Source: Octopus sinensis
Taxonomy: Eukaryota
Assembly: GCF_006345805.1 (NCBI RefSeq)
Contig: NC_042999.1
Coordinates: 57,350,001-57,414,000 of the forward strand
Direction of reading: 5' to 3'
Length of the DNA stretch: 64,000 nt
Shown: positions 29,279 to 43,896 of the stretch, piece by piece
Layout: every line of letters starts with the position of its first letter
Position numbering within the stretch: the first letter of the stretch is position 1
Made by a program: the position numbers and the translations under genes
Notes under the pieces: generated by a model
The model's input: the letters and a program-made list of their open reading frames with translations, nothing else
The model's database searches: none
Told to the model about the DNA's origin: nothing

Positions 29279-30293
29279 CACACACACACACACACACACA
29301 CACATATGTTCATACACACGCTGACAGTAATCAAAGCAGATATGTTGAACTGGTGATTTTAAAATTGCTTGACTTGACAGACACTGTGCAGCGAAATGCT
29401 TGTTGTAGTAGTTTATTATTTAGCTAGAGCTGTGGAATTCGCATTAATATCGTAGTGGCTGGCAATTTGTGTGGATTTTGTTTCAGTCAGAGAGCCGAAA
29501 GAAAATCGATCGATAGAAACTTCTTAACTGACTGATCAGGCCCTAAACATCCGCAGCTGATATTATCTGTAAAATCAGAATGTGTAAATAAAACCTGTCA
29601 TTTCCCCCCCCCCCACCATCTGCAAATACAAATCTGTTGCCCTGTTCTCTGCTTTGCATTGTTTTGTTTTCACTCCATTTTTCTAATGATTCCTTCTTTT
29701 GTTAATAGTGTTTACTATTCAGCAAACTTTTCGTTATTCTTTCGATGTATAACAAATATTTCGCCAGATAATTCATCTGAAATCGCATGTTAACTTAGGC
29801 AGGGACAAGGTATGTTAGCCTCTGTATTTGCCAATTTTATGAAACGTACACTCCAGCTGGATGTTTTTATTATTGCATTTTAAGTCATTAGGTAAGTAGA
29901 TATATCTTTATGAGGTGCTAAGCTTATAATTTCTGCCCCCTCTTCCTCCCCCCCCCTTCTCCCTCTCTCCCTCCCTCTCTCATCGCCATCAGGATTTCTG
30001 CTTGCTTAAATTTGTTATATAAACTATGCCGAATATTTGTGAGTGTATTAGTGTTTGCGCGCGCCGCGCGTTTGTCTGTGAATCTGCGTCTGTGTGTGTG
30101 TTTGTGTGTAAGTGTATGACTGCATATGTTCGTGAAGTAGATAAAACAGGGGACAACTGACGAAGGGAATGTTCTTTATGTTGCCTGTCTCGTTTCTCAT
30201 TTTGTTCACATTTTTGGGACGTCCTGTATCCATATATATGCATGTATATGTACATATATATATGTAGGCATGTACATGTATGTGTATATATGC

Positions 30294-30328
<35 letters not shown>

Positions 30329-30438
30329 ATAGATATATATATATATATAGGCATACATGTATGTGTATATGCATATATATATTATTTATATTTTATATAT
30401 AGGCATGTACATGTATGCGTATATATATTATTTATATA

Positions 30439-30471
<33 letters not shown>

Positions 30472-30626
30472 GGCATATACATGTATGTGTATATATGCAT
30501 ATATATATTATTTATATTATATATATATATGTGTGTGTGGGGGTGTGGGGGTGTGGGGGTGTATGTATATATATATATACATATAGATAGATAGACAGGC
30601 AGGCAGACAGACAGACAGACAGATAA

Positions 30627-30659
<33 letters not shown>

Positions 30660-31364
30660 CTTTATATACATACATACATAAATATACATACATACATACA
30701 TGCATACATAAATACATACATACATACATACATACATACATACATACATACATACATACATACATACACACACACACTCCCACACATATACAGATACAAT
30801 GGGAAATGAGTTTCCTGTGTTCTCTGCATGCAGTAAAAAAGACGGGTGATCACGGTGAGAATGCTTTTAGTCAGAGTTTTATTTGATCAGGTCTAACCGA
30901 GAATTAGACAACTCTAGATGAGATGAGGAAAAGATAAGTGCAATAACAAGATCAACAAGACAGTCCAAATTTTTTACACAAGGAAGTGGCAATTAGATTT
31001 CAGCTAAAAATAAATTTCTCAGTATAAACAAATATAGCAATGATTCATATTGCTTTTCCAAAAAGCACAAGAAACAAGTCCGTATATGTTTCGATCCTAT
31101 TCTGATCTTTTCAGAGAAGCAGTTCTGCAAAATAAGAGATGAGGGTATTATATAAACCATGAGTAATGTTGTTATCTCAGCAAGAATTTATCTCTAATTA
31201 ACTTTTGATGTACCTTGTATGAAATATTACCACTAACTTAAATATTGGTTTTCATGGCGTCTCTGAATTATTTCATCTCATCACAACTCTACTTTCCTAC
31301 TTCAATAATTATACGTTGCTATATTTCAAACTATCTTGGAAAAATTGTTAATATAATAATACCT

Positions 31365-31396
<32 letters not shown>

Positions 31397-31829
31397 GTAA
31401 CATCACCTTAACAATTGAGATATTTTTACATTTCTATACCTGCAGTATCTTTTTTTTTTTTTTCCCATTACCATTAGATGGTTATTCCTTTATATATACA
31501 TAGTACCCGTCTGAACAGAACTATAAACCTGTATTTGTAAGCTAAGAAGAATAACAGTCTTAATCACTTGACCACTGGTTCGTGAGTGCATTTAATATTA
31601 CTTTTTTTCTTCCTTCATCTACAATTTTTTATTACCAATTTAAACACCAATTGATAACATGGTGATGATATTTAGTAGCTTCCACACCGAAAAGGAATAT
31701 TGCCAACATTTGGGGGGGATTCACTATATTTACTATTATGATCAGTTATAACTGACAGCTACAATAAATTTTCTTTTATTTATTTATTTATTTATTTTTT
31801 GCATTCTTAGCTCTAGAAAATACAACAGT

Positions 31830-32095
31830 GAAACAACTTGCTTGATTAAGACACACAGACGACACCTTGATATCTTGGCAAGATCAAATAGACATTCAAG
31901 TTCTTGTAGACCACAAGAACTACGTACTTAAGTCTAGTTTATCCTAGATAAAGAAAGTAACAACCAACGACCGTTCTTTGATGTGCTAATATAAAGAACA
32001 GAAGCAAGTACACAACAACGAACAATTACCGAATTCTTTTTAAACTATGAGTCTCATAATCCATGTAATATTTAAACATAAATTATCAGATCCCC
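31830..32095 (+). pseudogene. Penelope/Poseidon-like RT relic
   Basis: Degenerate RHTDDTLISW (RYVDDTF) and KESNNQRPFFDVLI (KExNNxLPFLDVLI). Confidence 0.6.
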
Positions 32096-32099
32096 ACAT

Positions 32100-32880
32100 T
32101 AACAGGGCTGAAATGTTCATAGGCTGACTATGAAGGAATGATACTTGAGCTGTGAAATTATGCGAGCATTCATTTCATCTCTTCTTAATAATAATTGCGG
32201 TGTTTTTTTTTTTGGGGGGGGGGGGTAAATTGACAGCTTGTTCAAAGAAGACTTACTTCAAAAGTAATTAGTTGCATCTTCACTTGGAAATGGACTGGCA
32301 TTGTAGTGTTATCAAGTACCTGTTGGGAAAAGGCTTAGCTCCCAAGTTATTCATGCTGAGATGGTTGCTACATTAGGGGATGACGTTGAAGCTTTATCAA
32401 CAATGCAAAAGTGGGCAGCTGAAGTTAGGAAGGGAACGGAGAGTCTTGAAAATGACCCAACGTCTGGACGTTCTGCAACTGCCACCACCGGGGAAAACAT
32501 TGATCGTGTTCACCACCACACGGTAATGGATGACAAGCAGTTGACTATAAATCGATGCTATTAGAGTTGAGAATACTTTGTGCAATGACTTGGCATGCAG
32601 AAGGCTTCCGTTCGGTGGGTATCACCTCTTCTGACACCTGATCAAAAGCGAACCAGGCTAATCACATCACATGAAAATTTGGTATTGTTCTAAGTAGATC
32701 CAGCTGGTTTCCTTGAATGTTTTACGAACCCAGGATGAGTGTTGGTTTCATTACTTTGAGCCAGAGATAAAGAGACACTCCGTGCAATGAAAACACCCCT
32801 TCTCACCTGCTCTAAAGAAGGCCGAGATTGTTTCATCTGCTGGGGAGGTGATGGCTCAGTTCTGGGGATGCATAAGGTAT
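32100..32880 (+). mobile_element. Degraded mariner, 5' two-thirds
   Basis: QKWAAEVRKGTESLENDPTSGRSATATT, a degenerate RWV.PLLTPDQKRTR and TQDECWFHYFEPE; multiple disruptions. Confidence 0.8.
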
Positions 32881-34268
32881 CGTTTCTTTGGATGTACTAG
32901 AAACAACAGCCAAATCGCCCTTAAATCACTTTTCCCTTTGAAAATATTAACAATTTTTTGCACTATTATACAAAGAAATAATTAGACGTAAAATATAAAA
33001 ATTATTAGAAACTGGAATCAAATGTGAAATTATTATCAAGGGGCTAGCAGAAAATCGCCCAGAGGGCGGTCTTTCTGCTAGTATATTCTATATAGTTTGT
33101 ACAATGCCACATTAAAAACTCTTTTTTATGAGTACTACCGGATTACTAGAATCGATATTTTGTGACTTAAATATGTGTGTGTGTGTGTATATATACACGC
33201 TGCTCACAAGGCTCTGGTCGATCCGAGGCTATAGTAGAAGACACTTGGCCAAGGTGTCATGCAAGTGGGATTGAATCCGGAACCATGCGTTTGGGAAGCA
33301 CACTCCTTACCACACAGCCACGTCTCCAGCATTTTTACAACCCAGTGAGTGAAATCTGTAATTTATTTTTTGTTTTAAATCTTTTCTTAATTTATTCATC
33401 TTGCCTATAGAATGTATGAACACATCAAATACAACGCTAAGAAAGTCATCAGTTATTTTAAAGTATTACAAAAAATTTACTCAAAAAATTAAATGCCTGC
33501 AATACAACAAATAAAACTTCAGATAACAAAGTTATAAACTTCAGTCACTCTTTCATTAGACGAGTTACTATTCTTTCCCGCTAGCTGACCAGATATTTAT
33601 AAGCATTTACAAAACATTTACCTAGTCAATACAAAATAAAATAAGACAAGGAACAAATGAAGGAGTCTTTATCATGTCACTTTATCTGCTTGAAATAGCT
33701 ACCAAATCTTCGTTAAATAACACACTACTGTTTTAAAAAGTTAGATCACGTAGAATAATATAGAACCAGATAAACTACAAATAAAAGATACAGGATGATC
33801 ACGAAAGGGTCTAAAATAAACATGACTCCTGGGTTACTAAATCACAACTTCTATCTGGAAGTCAGTGACTGCTAATACAGCATCTCTTAATGCTTTTCTG
33901 ACAGCTCCAAGCTCCTAGCTCCCGGCAAATCGAGCAACGAGTTTTCGACGACGACGAAGCTCTATTATCTGTATCCTTTAGCAGGCAAGAGCCTGAATCT
34001 CCTATCATTTCAGCTACTTGGTTAGAATAATTACAAATATTGTAATCGCTTCCGAAAATGGTTATTCTAGAAATGCATATTTTGAAGTTGCATGCAGACT
34101 AAAACTTAATTGATACTGATCGATTTGAAAGACATCTGCTCTAACAAGATTTCTCATATTAAACGTAAACTCTTGCCTGGCATTAGTAACGATTTGTAAA
34201 GCTTAACTTAAGATTATCCACTTCTACGCATACAAACCAAAAATTTTATGGGGAAGTAGTCAATTGTT

Positions 34269-34321
<53 letters not shown>

Positions 34322-34386
34322 TGTGTGCGTGCGTGCGTGCGTGCGTGCATGCGTGCGTGCGTGCGTGCGTGCAAGTGTGTGTGTGT

Positions 34387-34427
<41 letters not shown>

Positions 34428-35377
34428 TTAATTCGTCTTTCATTTCTGTCACAGAATTCATACGAAATTTCCCACTCAATCAGGATTTGTAACATCAAAA
34501 CTAGCATTTGATTTTCGTATGACTTCCTCTCCTCATCACCAGTAATGATATAACTCTTAATTTACTGTATATTTAATCGATAATGCAGTTAATTTTGATT
34601 TAGTTTGAGTAGATTCAAGGCTACAGAGTAAAACTGAGTGCTCCGATAATATATATGATTAATATTAATATTATTAATTGCGAAAGACGAAGCTAACATT
34701 ACCGGACCTCTTATCTAGCTTCCAGAAATCCGGGATTTCCAGAAAGCCTAGGATACTAGTATTTAAAACCGAGAAAATAGAACGCCCAAAAGGGCTCCCA
34801 ATCCTCTATGTCAGAAGAGGTTATGTTCGGATCACAGCTAAGCCTTAACCTAAGCCTAAGCTAACCTAGCCTCTGAAAGGCAATGACTAATCTCGATCTA
34901 GACCTAACCACTCCTAGGGGTACTATCGGGCAAGGCTGCATCGAAGATATGCATTGGAGAAGGTTTCCTCGGAGATCTGCATCGAAGATCTGCATTGGAG
35001 AAAGTTGCATCGAAGGTTTGCACACTATTATATATATATATATATATATATATTTATTTAATAACAAACCATGTAATTCATACTCTGGAAAATTTATTTC
35101 AGTAAAATGTTGGGAGTGGGTAAAATTTCCGAGGCTTCTACCTCATCCCACCCCGTTTTTCGGACCCCAAAAAGAGTTTTGTAGCATATTAGGAGGTCAC
35201 AAGAATTCATTCAACAAAAAAGAAAAAAAAATTCCCAATGATTCCAGGATTCCCACTCCTTTTTTCCGAACGAAAATAAGGGATGTGCAGCATATTAGGC
35301 GGTCAAGGTACTTGATTTCACGCCCAAAAAAAACGATTTTTATTTTTTCCTTAGTGAAAATCGTATGGGTGAAAAGA

Positions 35378-35452
35378 TATATGACACTCGAACCTGCGTC
35401 CATTACAACCTTCGAACAGGGTTGTAATGGACGCAGGTTCGTGTGTCATATA
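35378..35452. repeat. 75-bp inverted repeat (33-bp arms)
   Basis: TATATGACACTCGAACCTGCGTCCATTACAACC / GGTTGTAATGGACGCAGGTTCGTGTGTCATATA, with one T:T mismatch. Confidence 0.9.
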
Positions 35453-35625
35453 GCTAGCTAGAGGCGGTGGCCTCTTGGAGCTAATCATCGACAGCTTTAG
35501 TCTTATTTATAGACTGCCATATTAGTATGGCGATAACTATTAATATTCAGTAACGCTGCCGTAATCTCCTTTAGAGAGACTTAGTAATTGTTGTTGTTTT
35601 TTGTTGCATGTTCATGTATGGATTG

Positions 35626-35740
<115 letters not shown>

Positions 35741-35889
35741 TGTATGTATGTATGTATGTATGTATGTACATCAAAGCCTCATTGTTTCGACCAAACTAAT
35801 GTATGATTTTCGCTGGTCACAAACTTCTTGGTATTGTTTCAGCTTTCAAATGATGCCATCACACTGGATAGGCGAGCAGGATGTGTGTG

Positions 35890-35957
<68 letters not shown>

Positions 35958-35963
35958 TGTTTA

Positions 35964-36091
35964 GGCGTAGTTGTGTGGTAAGAAGCTTGCCTCCCAACTA
36001 CATATCTCCTGGTCAGCCGTACTGCGTGGCATCTTGAGTAGGTATTTTCTTGTGAATGGATTTGGTAGACGGAAATTAAAAGAAGCCTGTC

Positions 36092-36132
<41 letters not shown>

Positions 36133-36330
36133 TGAGTGTCGTGTCTTTGTGTCCACTTGACAACCGGTGTGTTTACGTCCTCATTACCTAGCTGTTCGGC
36201 AATAGAGAACGATATAATAAGTACTGGGCTTAAAAACAAAAGTCCTGGGGTCGATTTGTTCGACTAAAATCCTTATCGGTGGTGCCACAGCATGGCCGCA
36301 GAAAAAAAGATTGAAATAAGTAAAACAAAA
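35964..36330 (+). mobile_element. SINE family A
   Basis: Homologous to 4268-4672. Further partial copies at about 3860-4030, 25215-25400, 33190-33325 and 40596-40770. Confidence 0.75.
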
Positions 36331-36361
<31 letters not shown>

Positions 36362-38299
36362 TGTATCAGTTAACCTTATTACAAACAAGACGAGGTGAAA
36401 TCACGTCAGTGGCCAGGCAGTTGGAGAGACCAAAATTGTGACACCAACTGATAAGAGTTTATGTGGAATCAACGGTTTTTATGTGTTTTTGAATGACATA
36501 TATGTGTCTTCCACGCTGCAATCGTTTTAGTTTCAACGCATGTTCTCAGACCAAGAACATTTCCGAAATTACATTCAGTTTATTGGCGACGATATGTACT
36601 TTTCGGTACTCACGGTAATTAATCAACAATATATTGGTTCCCATGGAAAAGGATAATTTCTTGTGAAAAGGTATAAAAGTGTTGAATTGGAAAAAACTGT
36701 AAAGCAGCAAGCAAAATGTATAAAAGTTGTAGTGCGTTAAGTTACATGCAGAAGAAGTAAATGATAAACATGTGAAATGTAAAGAAACTGTAGAATACTA
36801 GATAAAATATGGAGAAACTTTAGGAGACATGATAAAATGTCGAGAAATTGTAGAGCACAAGACAATGTAGAATAACTATATAGGACAAGCAGACGATATA
36901 CAGTAATTGCAGAGTATCAGACAAATTGTAAAGAAAATGTAGAATAATAGACAAATGAGAGAAAATAAAGGGCTTTAGACAATATGTAGATAAATTGAGC
37001 ATCTGGCAAAATGTTGACAAACTGTTTGGCGCTAGAAAAATGACTAGCGGTATTTAGTTTAGTTCTTTTACGCTGTCTAGTTTGACCTATTCAAATGACT
37101 GAAAGAAGTAAAAGAGTAAAAGAGACTCGGAACATGTAAATTTTGCATCACGTCCGCCCAGCTCCAACCGACACACCCACCTTCCTGCTCAAAGTCTTTC
37201 TTCTTTTGTCTCACCCTCCAAATAGCACACCTTCTGTTTGTCTCTTCCTAAACAGAAGTGCAACTCTCTAAAACTCTCTATTTGTTTTTATTGCTTTTGT
37301 TTTGTTGCTTTGTTATATAGTCCCAGGTTTGTCTTAATTAAGCTCTTTCATGATCAAAAGTATTGTATCCGTGTCTGTCTCATAGTTTTATATATCTGGA
37401 ACTACTCTTCCATTTTTTCCCCTGTAAGATGTGGTATGTGGATGAAATGAGAGTTATTTCTAGCAAGTCAAGCGACCACATAGAAACCCTTTCATTGGCT
37501 TGTTTTACTTACAGGCGCCAATGTGCAGAAGTCCAAACTGAATATCAAGTACCTCAATATCATCGGTTTGGAAGGGCCTGCAAACATTTTGACGAGCGCC
37601 ACCTATCTTTCACTGACTAAATAATTAAAGAATAAAACTGTTATTCATGCAGAAAACTGCGGACATTTTCACAAAACGAATTATATGTCTAGCATAGATA
37701 CTGTGATCGCCGAAATCTGAAAACAAAGCTGAATCGTTATATATTCTAAAAACGTGTAAGATATCTAGAGGGGATAATTATCCATTAGAGAAACAGTAAA
37801 ACGAATATGATTTGCTTTTTGTCTAGCGAGTGTTATTATATTCCATTTACCATTATTATCAAGTGTTGGCGACTTGCACTCTAATACTAAGCCGAAACGC
37901 TTTTATGACTTCGCATGTCATTTATAATTGGCTATGTCACTAGTTCAAGAATGTCCTTAGGCACTGTACTACAAATACTAATAATACAAATGCTTAGTAG
38001 CGTGCTTTGCTGAAGTGGAACTTTATTTTTGGTTATTAAAAGACAGGAAGTCTTTGTCAGCTATAGCTTGCGGGGGTGGGATTTTACGCCAACTCATAAG
38101 TTGTTCTATTATTTCGTTTGTGTCAGCCAGTACAGTTCTCTCTTTCTATGTATGCGCGCGTGTGTGTGTATGTCCATGTATGTATGTGTGTGTGTGTGTG
38201 TATTTAGAGAGAGAGGTATATAAATAGATACAGACACACACACACACACCACACATACATATATATATATATATACACATATATATATATATATATAAT

Positions 38300-38363
<64 letters not shown>

Positions 38364-38371
38364 CATACATA

Positions 38372-38830
38372 TGAGTGTGTAGTTCAAATGTACCAAAGAC
38401 GAAAGACAAGGACAGATGAGGAAACAACAAACTAGTGTATTAGTTTGACGCCCAGGAAAAATGGAATTTATAAATGCAGCGTGGCAAATGACAAACATCA
38501 AATAAGAGTATACATAAGAAGCACTATAAGTTTTAAGAGACGATATAGAACCCATTTAAATTCCTTCAGTAAGCTAAAATATAAAAACTCAACAGCACTA
38601 GCTAGATACATAAATGATATAAAGTTACAGAACATCAATTACACATTATCTTAGTCTATTATAGATGAGCCCCACCCCGCCCCATACAACACGATTATGG
38701 GCAGATGTAGGATGTGCGTAAAAGAATCATACACTACCCTCCGCCTGTATAATTCTACCACATGAAATAAGTTTTCCGATGCTATTCATTCATGTAACCA
38801 CAGATATTACCTTTCATGAGGCTTTTTTTT
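38372..38830 (+). mobile_element. Naiad-like Penelope GIY-YIG fragment next to (TA)n
   Basis: IYKCSV...VYIRSTISFKRRYRTHLNSF..LKYKNSTALARYI...CRMCVKE aligns by eye with the C-terminus of the 709-aa ORF. Confidence 0.75.
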
Positions 38831-39473
38831 AATCCGAATGTACTCAACAACAGCCTTACTAAGTTACACCACACAACTTAACATCATATTGCATATAGCA
38901 CGATATTGCCAATACAAATATAAATTTTAATAAAGACACTATGTAATGTAACTCTTACTCCCATCAGTCCTCATATAGACTTCCACCATTTGCATAAATA
39001 TATCTGTTCTTCCATAAAAGCTTCCAGTTACCGCATACTTTGGCAACGAGCTGAATGCATTTCTACTGTCAGTGACAGGATGTTGTCTCAGTTTTAGACG
39101 CAGCAAATGATTTTAGCTAAATAGAGGCCATCGATTGGTTAAAATTCGAAAAATTAAACTACGTTAAACTTACAAATTACAATTTTCTCAAGAAAGCCAA
39201 GAGAAAAAATGTTTTATTTTGACACATTCTGCCAGTATACGAAGTTTAAAAGTGTTTAGTTAACTAGAAATTGTGTTGAAAACTGCCGTTCAAAAGGAAA
39301 AGATCCCAGATAAATAGTTCGAAAGAATGGCTACAAGAATAAGCTTTGTGTCGAAACCCTTCGAAGTTGGTACCTCAACAATAACAGAAACCAATAAAAA
39401 AAAAGTAGCAGGACATACGTATACATACACAAATATATTCATACGTAAATATATTCAAATATACGCATGTATG

Positions 39474-39516
<43 letters not shown>

Positions 39517-41656
39517 GCATTTAAGTACATAGATATACATACACGTGATCATACCTAAACATACTCGAATACATACAAATAAAACATGCGTATTCGCTCA
39601 GTACATACATATAGTCAATCATTGACACACATATAATACAATTTTCTTCTCTGATTATCTACAGAACGTTTTTCAGCCGTGTTCTTTTTCCTTTGTTCGC
39701 CATTATTGGATTTCTGCGCAGCGTTTTACGGTGTAGCCTTATCATCTCTTAGCTGAATCTAAATCTTGCAGAACAAATTAGAAGAAACCAAGGCAAATAA
39801 TTATACCAATTTGAGCCGTCGTTATAACAGAGCGGACTTCTTTCACTGACATTGCTCACTGTCGTTGTGTTCGTGTCCCCACCACAACCCCCATCTCTAC
39901 AATGCAGCAGTGGTGTGGAGAAAGTGTATGGACACAAGTCTTGTGGGAATGTTTCTAGCAATGTTTTTCAGACCCTTGGCTACAAAGTAAGTCTCAACTC
40001 AGCCTTTTAAGTAACTGAACAGTCACTGGAATTAATAGAAAAGGTAAGCGCATAACAATATTAATATTTTGTGATATTTACTTACGACGCTCTGTTTTTA
40101 GTTCATATCTGGCCTACGTAATCTATGACTTTCTTACTTCAAGGTCGAAAAAGAAGTACCAGTTAAAACAGCGGCTCCCAAAGTGGACGGTAGTGCCCCC
40201 TTGGGAGCGGTGGAAAAATCCAGGCGGGGAGGCATTAAAGGAAAGCCGAGCGATAATGGGGTGCCAAAGAGGGTGATGAATTTAAAAACCCAAAATAATG
40301 GGTTAATTAGGTTAAGTATTATTTGTGAAATACAGTTGTTTTGAATTTGATACAGAAAGTAGTCTACGTTTGTGGTAGGGAAGGCACTAGGAACGTGACG
40401 TGGATGTCAAGGAAGCAGTAGAACCATTGGGTTAAACAGATGAACCTCGCAGTACGAGTGCGCCATTGTACGAATAATTTGCTGTACGAGTAATTGGCTC
40501 GTGCGAATTTTTGTCTTGTACGAGTGGAAATCTGCAGTACAAGCGATGTGTGTGTGTGTCTGCGTGTGCACGTGTGCACGTATTTATACATATATGGACG
40601 CATGGCCGAACGATTCAAGAGTTCGAATCGCAATCTCCAAGTCCCAGGTTCGATCTCACTGTATAGCATCTTGGTCAAGTGTGGTTTACCATATCCGGCG
40701 GGGGTGCTAGTAGACAATTCAAGCCTTGTGAGCAAAATTAGCTATATAGAAACTGTATGGAAGCTTCTTAGATAGTTTATATTTGTAATTTCAAACTATA
40801 TGTCATACTATCACACTGATTTTGCCTGAAGTTTAAGAGTACAAGTGTCTGTGAATACTCAGCCACTTACGTGCTAATTCAATGGGCAGAGACAACTGTT
40901 GTCCGATCAACTAAATATTTATCGTCGAAACCGACGTGGAACCATTTACTTTACTTTTACTATGCATATATGCACGTCAGTATGTGTACTTTGTATGTAT
41001 GTCTCTCTCTGTTACTGTGTCTGTGTGTCTGTCTATGTTTGACTGGTGGTGCTCCAGCATGGCCGCAGTCTAATGACTAAAACAAGTAAAAGAGTATGCT
41101 TGTGTATATGTGTGTCTATGTAAGTATATATACTGGTCTATGTGTACTTGCGTTTCTCTATGTGTTTCTATGTTATGTATCATTTATTCCACACTGCACT
41201 TCCAGATATTTAGTTGCTTATAATAATTTGATATCAACTTGGCAGGCTTTAGCGCTCATCACCAAGTTATTTTCGATGGTGGTTTTATAAATAAAGGAAT
41301 CTTCCTTGTTTTAGTCTCAAAGTTCCGGGTGATTTTTCGTACTGAACATGTATGATCAAGCCAAAACTCCGTTACACCGTTATCGCAGAGTACATTACGT
41401 CACTGAAAAATGCATGTTTTCAACCCACGTCTTCTAAAGGATGAAGTCGTTCTCCAACGATGAAATAAAACAGCGATTATCATATGCACTTCACTTGTTA
41501 GAAATAGCTATCGAATTCTATCAGATACATCCAACTTGCTTCATAAAAAGATTGCTCTAGAAAATGTAGTGTCTGATAGAGGGCGGCACTGTTATACTGG
41601 AAAAGGTATAGATACATATATATGCATACCTATATACATACATGTGTGTGTATGTT

Positions 41657-41695
<39 letters not shown>

Positions 41696-41896
41696 GCGTG
41701 TGTGTGCGCACGTGTGTAAAGATTGGAGTAGCTGGTATTAAATTTATTCCATGTCTTACAATTGTTTCAACAACTTCTGGGTGACAAATCAGACATCCTG
41801 TTTGTACATGAAAGTACTGTAGCCATATCCATTATGTGATATATATTACAAAACAACCTCCACTACCATTCCTCCATCTAGCAAGTATTATAATAC

Positions 41897-42225
41897 CCCA
41901 GGACTTATTCTTTGTAAGCCTAGTACTTATTCTATCGGTCTCTTTTGCCGAACTGCTAAGTTACGGGGACGTAAACACACCACCATCGGTTGTCATGCGA
42001 TGTTGTGGGGACAAACACAGACACACAAACAATATACACACACATACATATATACATATATACGACGGTCTTCTTTCAGTTTCCGTCTAACAAATCCACT
42101 CACAAGGCTTTGGTCGGCACGAGGTTATAGTAGAAGACACTTGCCCAAGTTGCCACGCAGTGGGAATGAACCCGGAACCATGTGGTTGGTAAGCAAGCTA
42201 CTTACCACACAGCCACTCCTATGCC
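41897..42225 (-). mobile_element. SINE family A
   Basis: Near-identical to 4355-4672. Confidence 0.85.
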
Positions 42226-42245
42226 CCTCTCTAAATATATATATA

Positions 42246-42629
42246 CTAGCAGTATCGCCCGGCGTTGCTCAGGTTTGTAAGGGAAATAACTATAAAGCAT
42301 TTGTAGAGAGTTATAGCCAAAAAATAGCAAAAAAATGGAAAAAAATGATGGTAATTTTTTTTTGAGATTTAAAAAAGGTTGAGTTGCGTCCCCTAGACAG
42401 TTTGTGGTTCGTGTTTCTGATTCTCGACCCCATGTCGAATTTATCGATTTTTTTCAGAACTGGGGGAACTTTTCAAAATTTTTGCTGCGTTAGTTTTGAA
42501 TTATGACATTGGGCTATGTGTGTGTCAAGTTTCATCAGAATCGGTTGAAAGCCGTGGTCAGGGTGAGGGTACAAGCAAACAGACACACAGAAACACGCAC
42601 AGACAAACTGCCGTTTATATAGAGAGAGA
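42246..42629 (-). mobile_element. Non-autonomous Helitron
   Basis: Minus strand 5' TC...; 3' hairpin-like CCTGAGCAACGCCGGG followed by CTAG; inserted between A and T. Confidence 0.8.
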
Positions 42630-42941
42630 TATAGAAATAGATAAACAGACAGACAGACAGACAGACAGACAGACGGACGGACGGACGGACGGACGGACGG
42701 ATGGATGGATGGATGGATGGATGGATGGATGGATGGATGGATGGATGTGTGTGTATGTGTGTGTGTGCCTTTTATTTTTTACTTGTTTCAGTCGTATGGC
42801 CATGCTACAACACCGACTTGAAATGGTTTTAATCAAAGAACTTGACACCAGTGCTTATTTATAACGCCTGGTACTTAAGTATATAGAAATATATAGATGT
42901 ATCGAGAGATAGGGAGGGAGGGAGGGAGGGAGGGAGGAAGA

Positions 42942-42982
<41 letters not shown>

Positions 42983-43896
42983 TTAAAGGGAAAACGAGAA
43001 GGAGAGAGAAAACCTTTGTTGGTCAATATTTACCATGCACCTGAAAAACATTTTTATGCGGAAGACAGGCGTGGAAATAACCTGTTTATGCAAGTCGCTC
43101 ATGCATGCAGGCCTTCTCTCTCAACACAATTGATGTTTATCCAGAAGATGTCTATCCACCAGTGTTGTTGTAGACGTTGCCATCACAACGAAATGAACCG
43201 TCCGATAGTTCCACTGATCAATCACTCTGGATTCATGCTTTTTTATCGACCGTGAAAGTTAACAATGATATAAAAGTAACTATGATACAAAAACATGACA
43301 CGGTGAGGTTATTACAATTTACATAGGAAGCAATAAAAAATTATTATAATGGACTCTCATCAATTTTGACTTATTTCTATGCCAGTTGTTCGATTAAGAA
43401 ATGCATGGCCTCGAGCTTTAAGGTTTGGCCTCGTGGTCATAAGGTTATAGGTTCTATTCCTGAGCTGAGCAGTATGTTGTGCTCTTGAGAATGCCTCTTC
43501 GCCTCATTTCTCCCTCTAGCTGCCACATCTTCGATGTTACGTTGTTACTAGGTTGGAAAGGTCGAGAGTATAGCCATGTCTTCTCGTGATTATCTGGATG
43601 TCTTAACAATTAACGAAAACAGGATACTTTCTACCAAATCATATTCACTTGAGAATCACGGCTATGCTTCTTTTTCGATTGATAGGACTGCCCAACACTA
43701 TAATGTTATGAACTAAATATGTTTTAATGATACTGATTGACTTGATACACATGTAGGAAATACGACCGTATGTGGAGGTTGGTGACATAGGTAAGTTACA
43801 CGGTCGCAACCCTAACGAAATAAGATAAGCCATATATACAATTTATACAATGCAATGCCAACAGAATACAGATGAATTGACGACAAGCCGTTCCAC

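Noticed and set aside
36700-37020. CRISPR-like or regular array of GTAGA-containing motifs
   Set aside because: Irregular, degenerate low-complexity repeat with no constant repeat-spacer structure, in a eukaryotic context.
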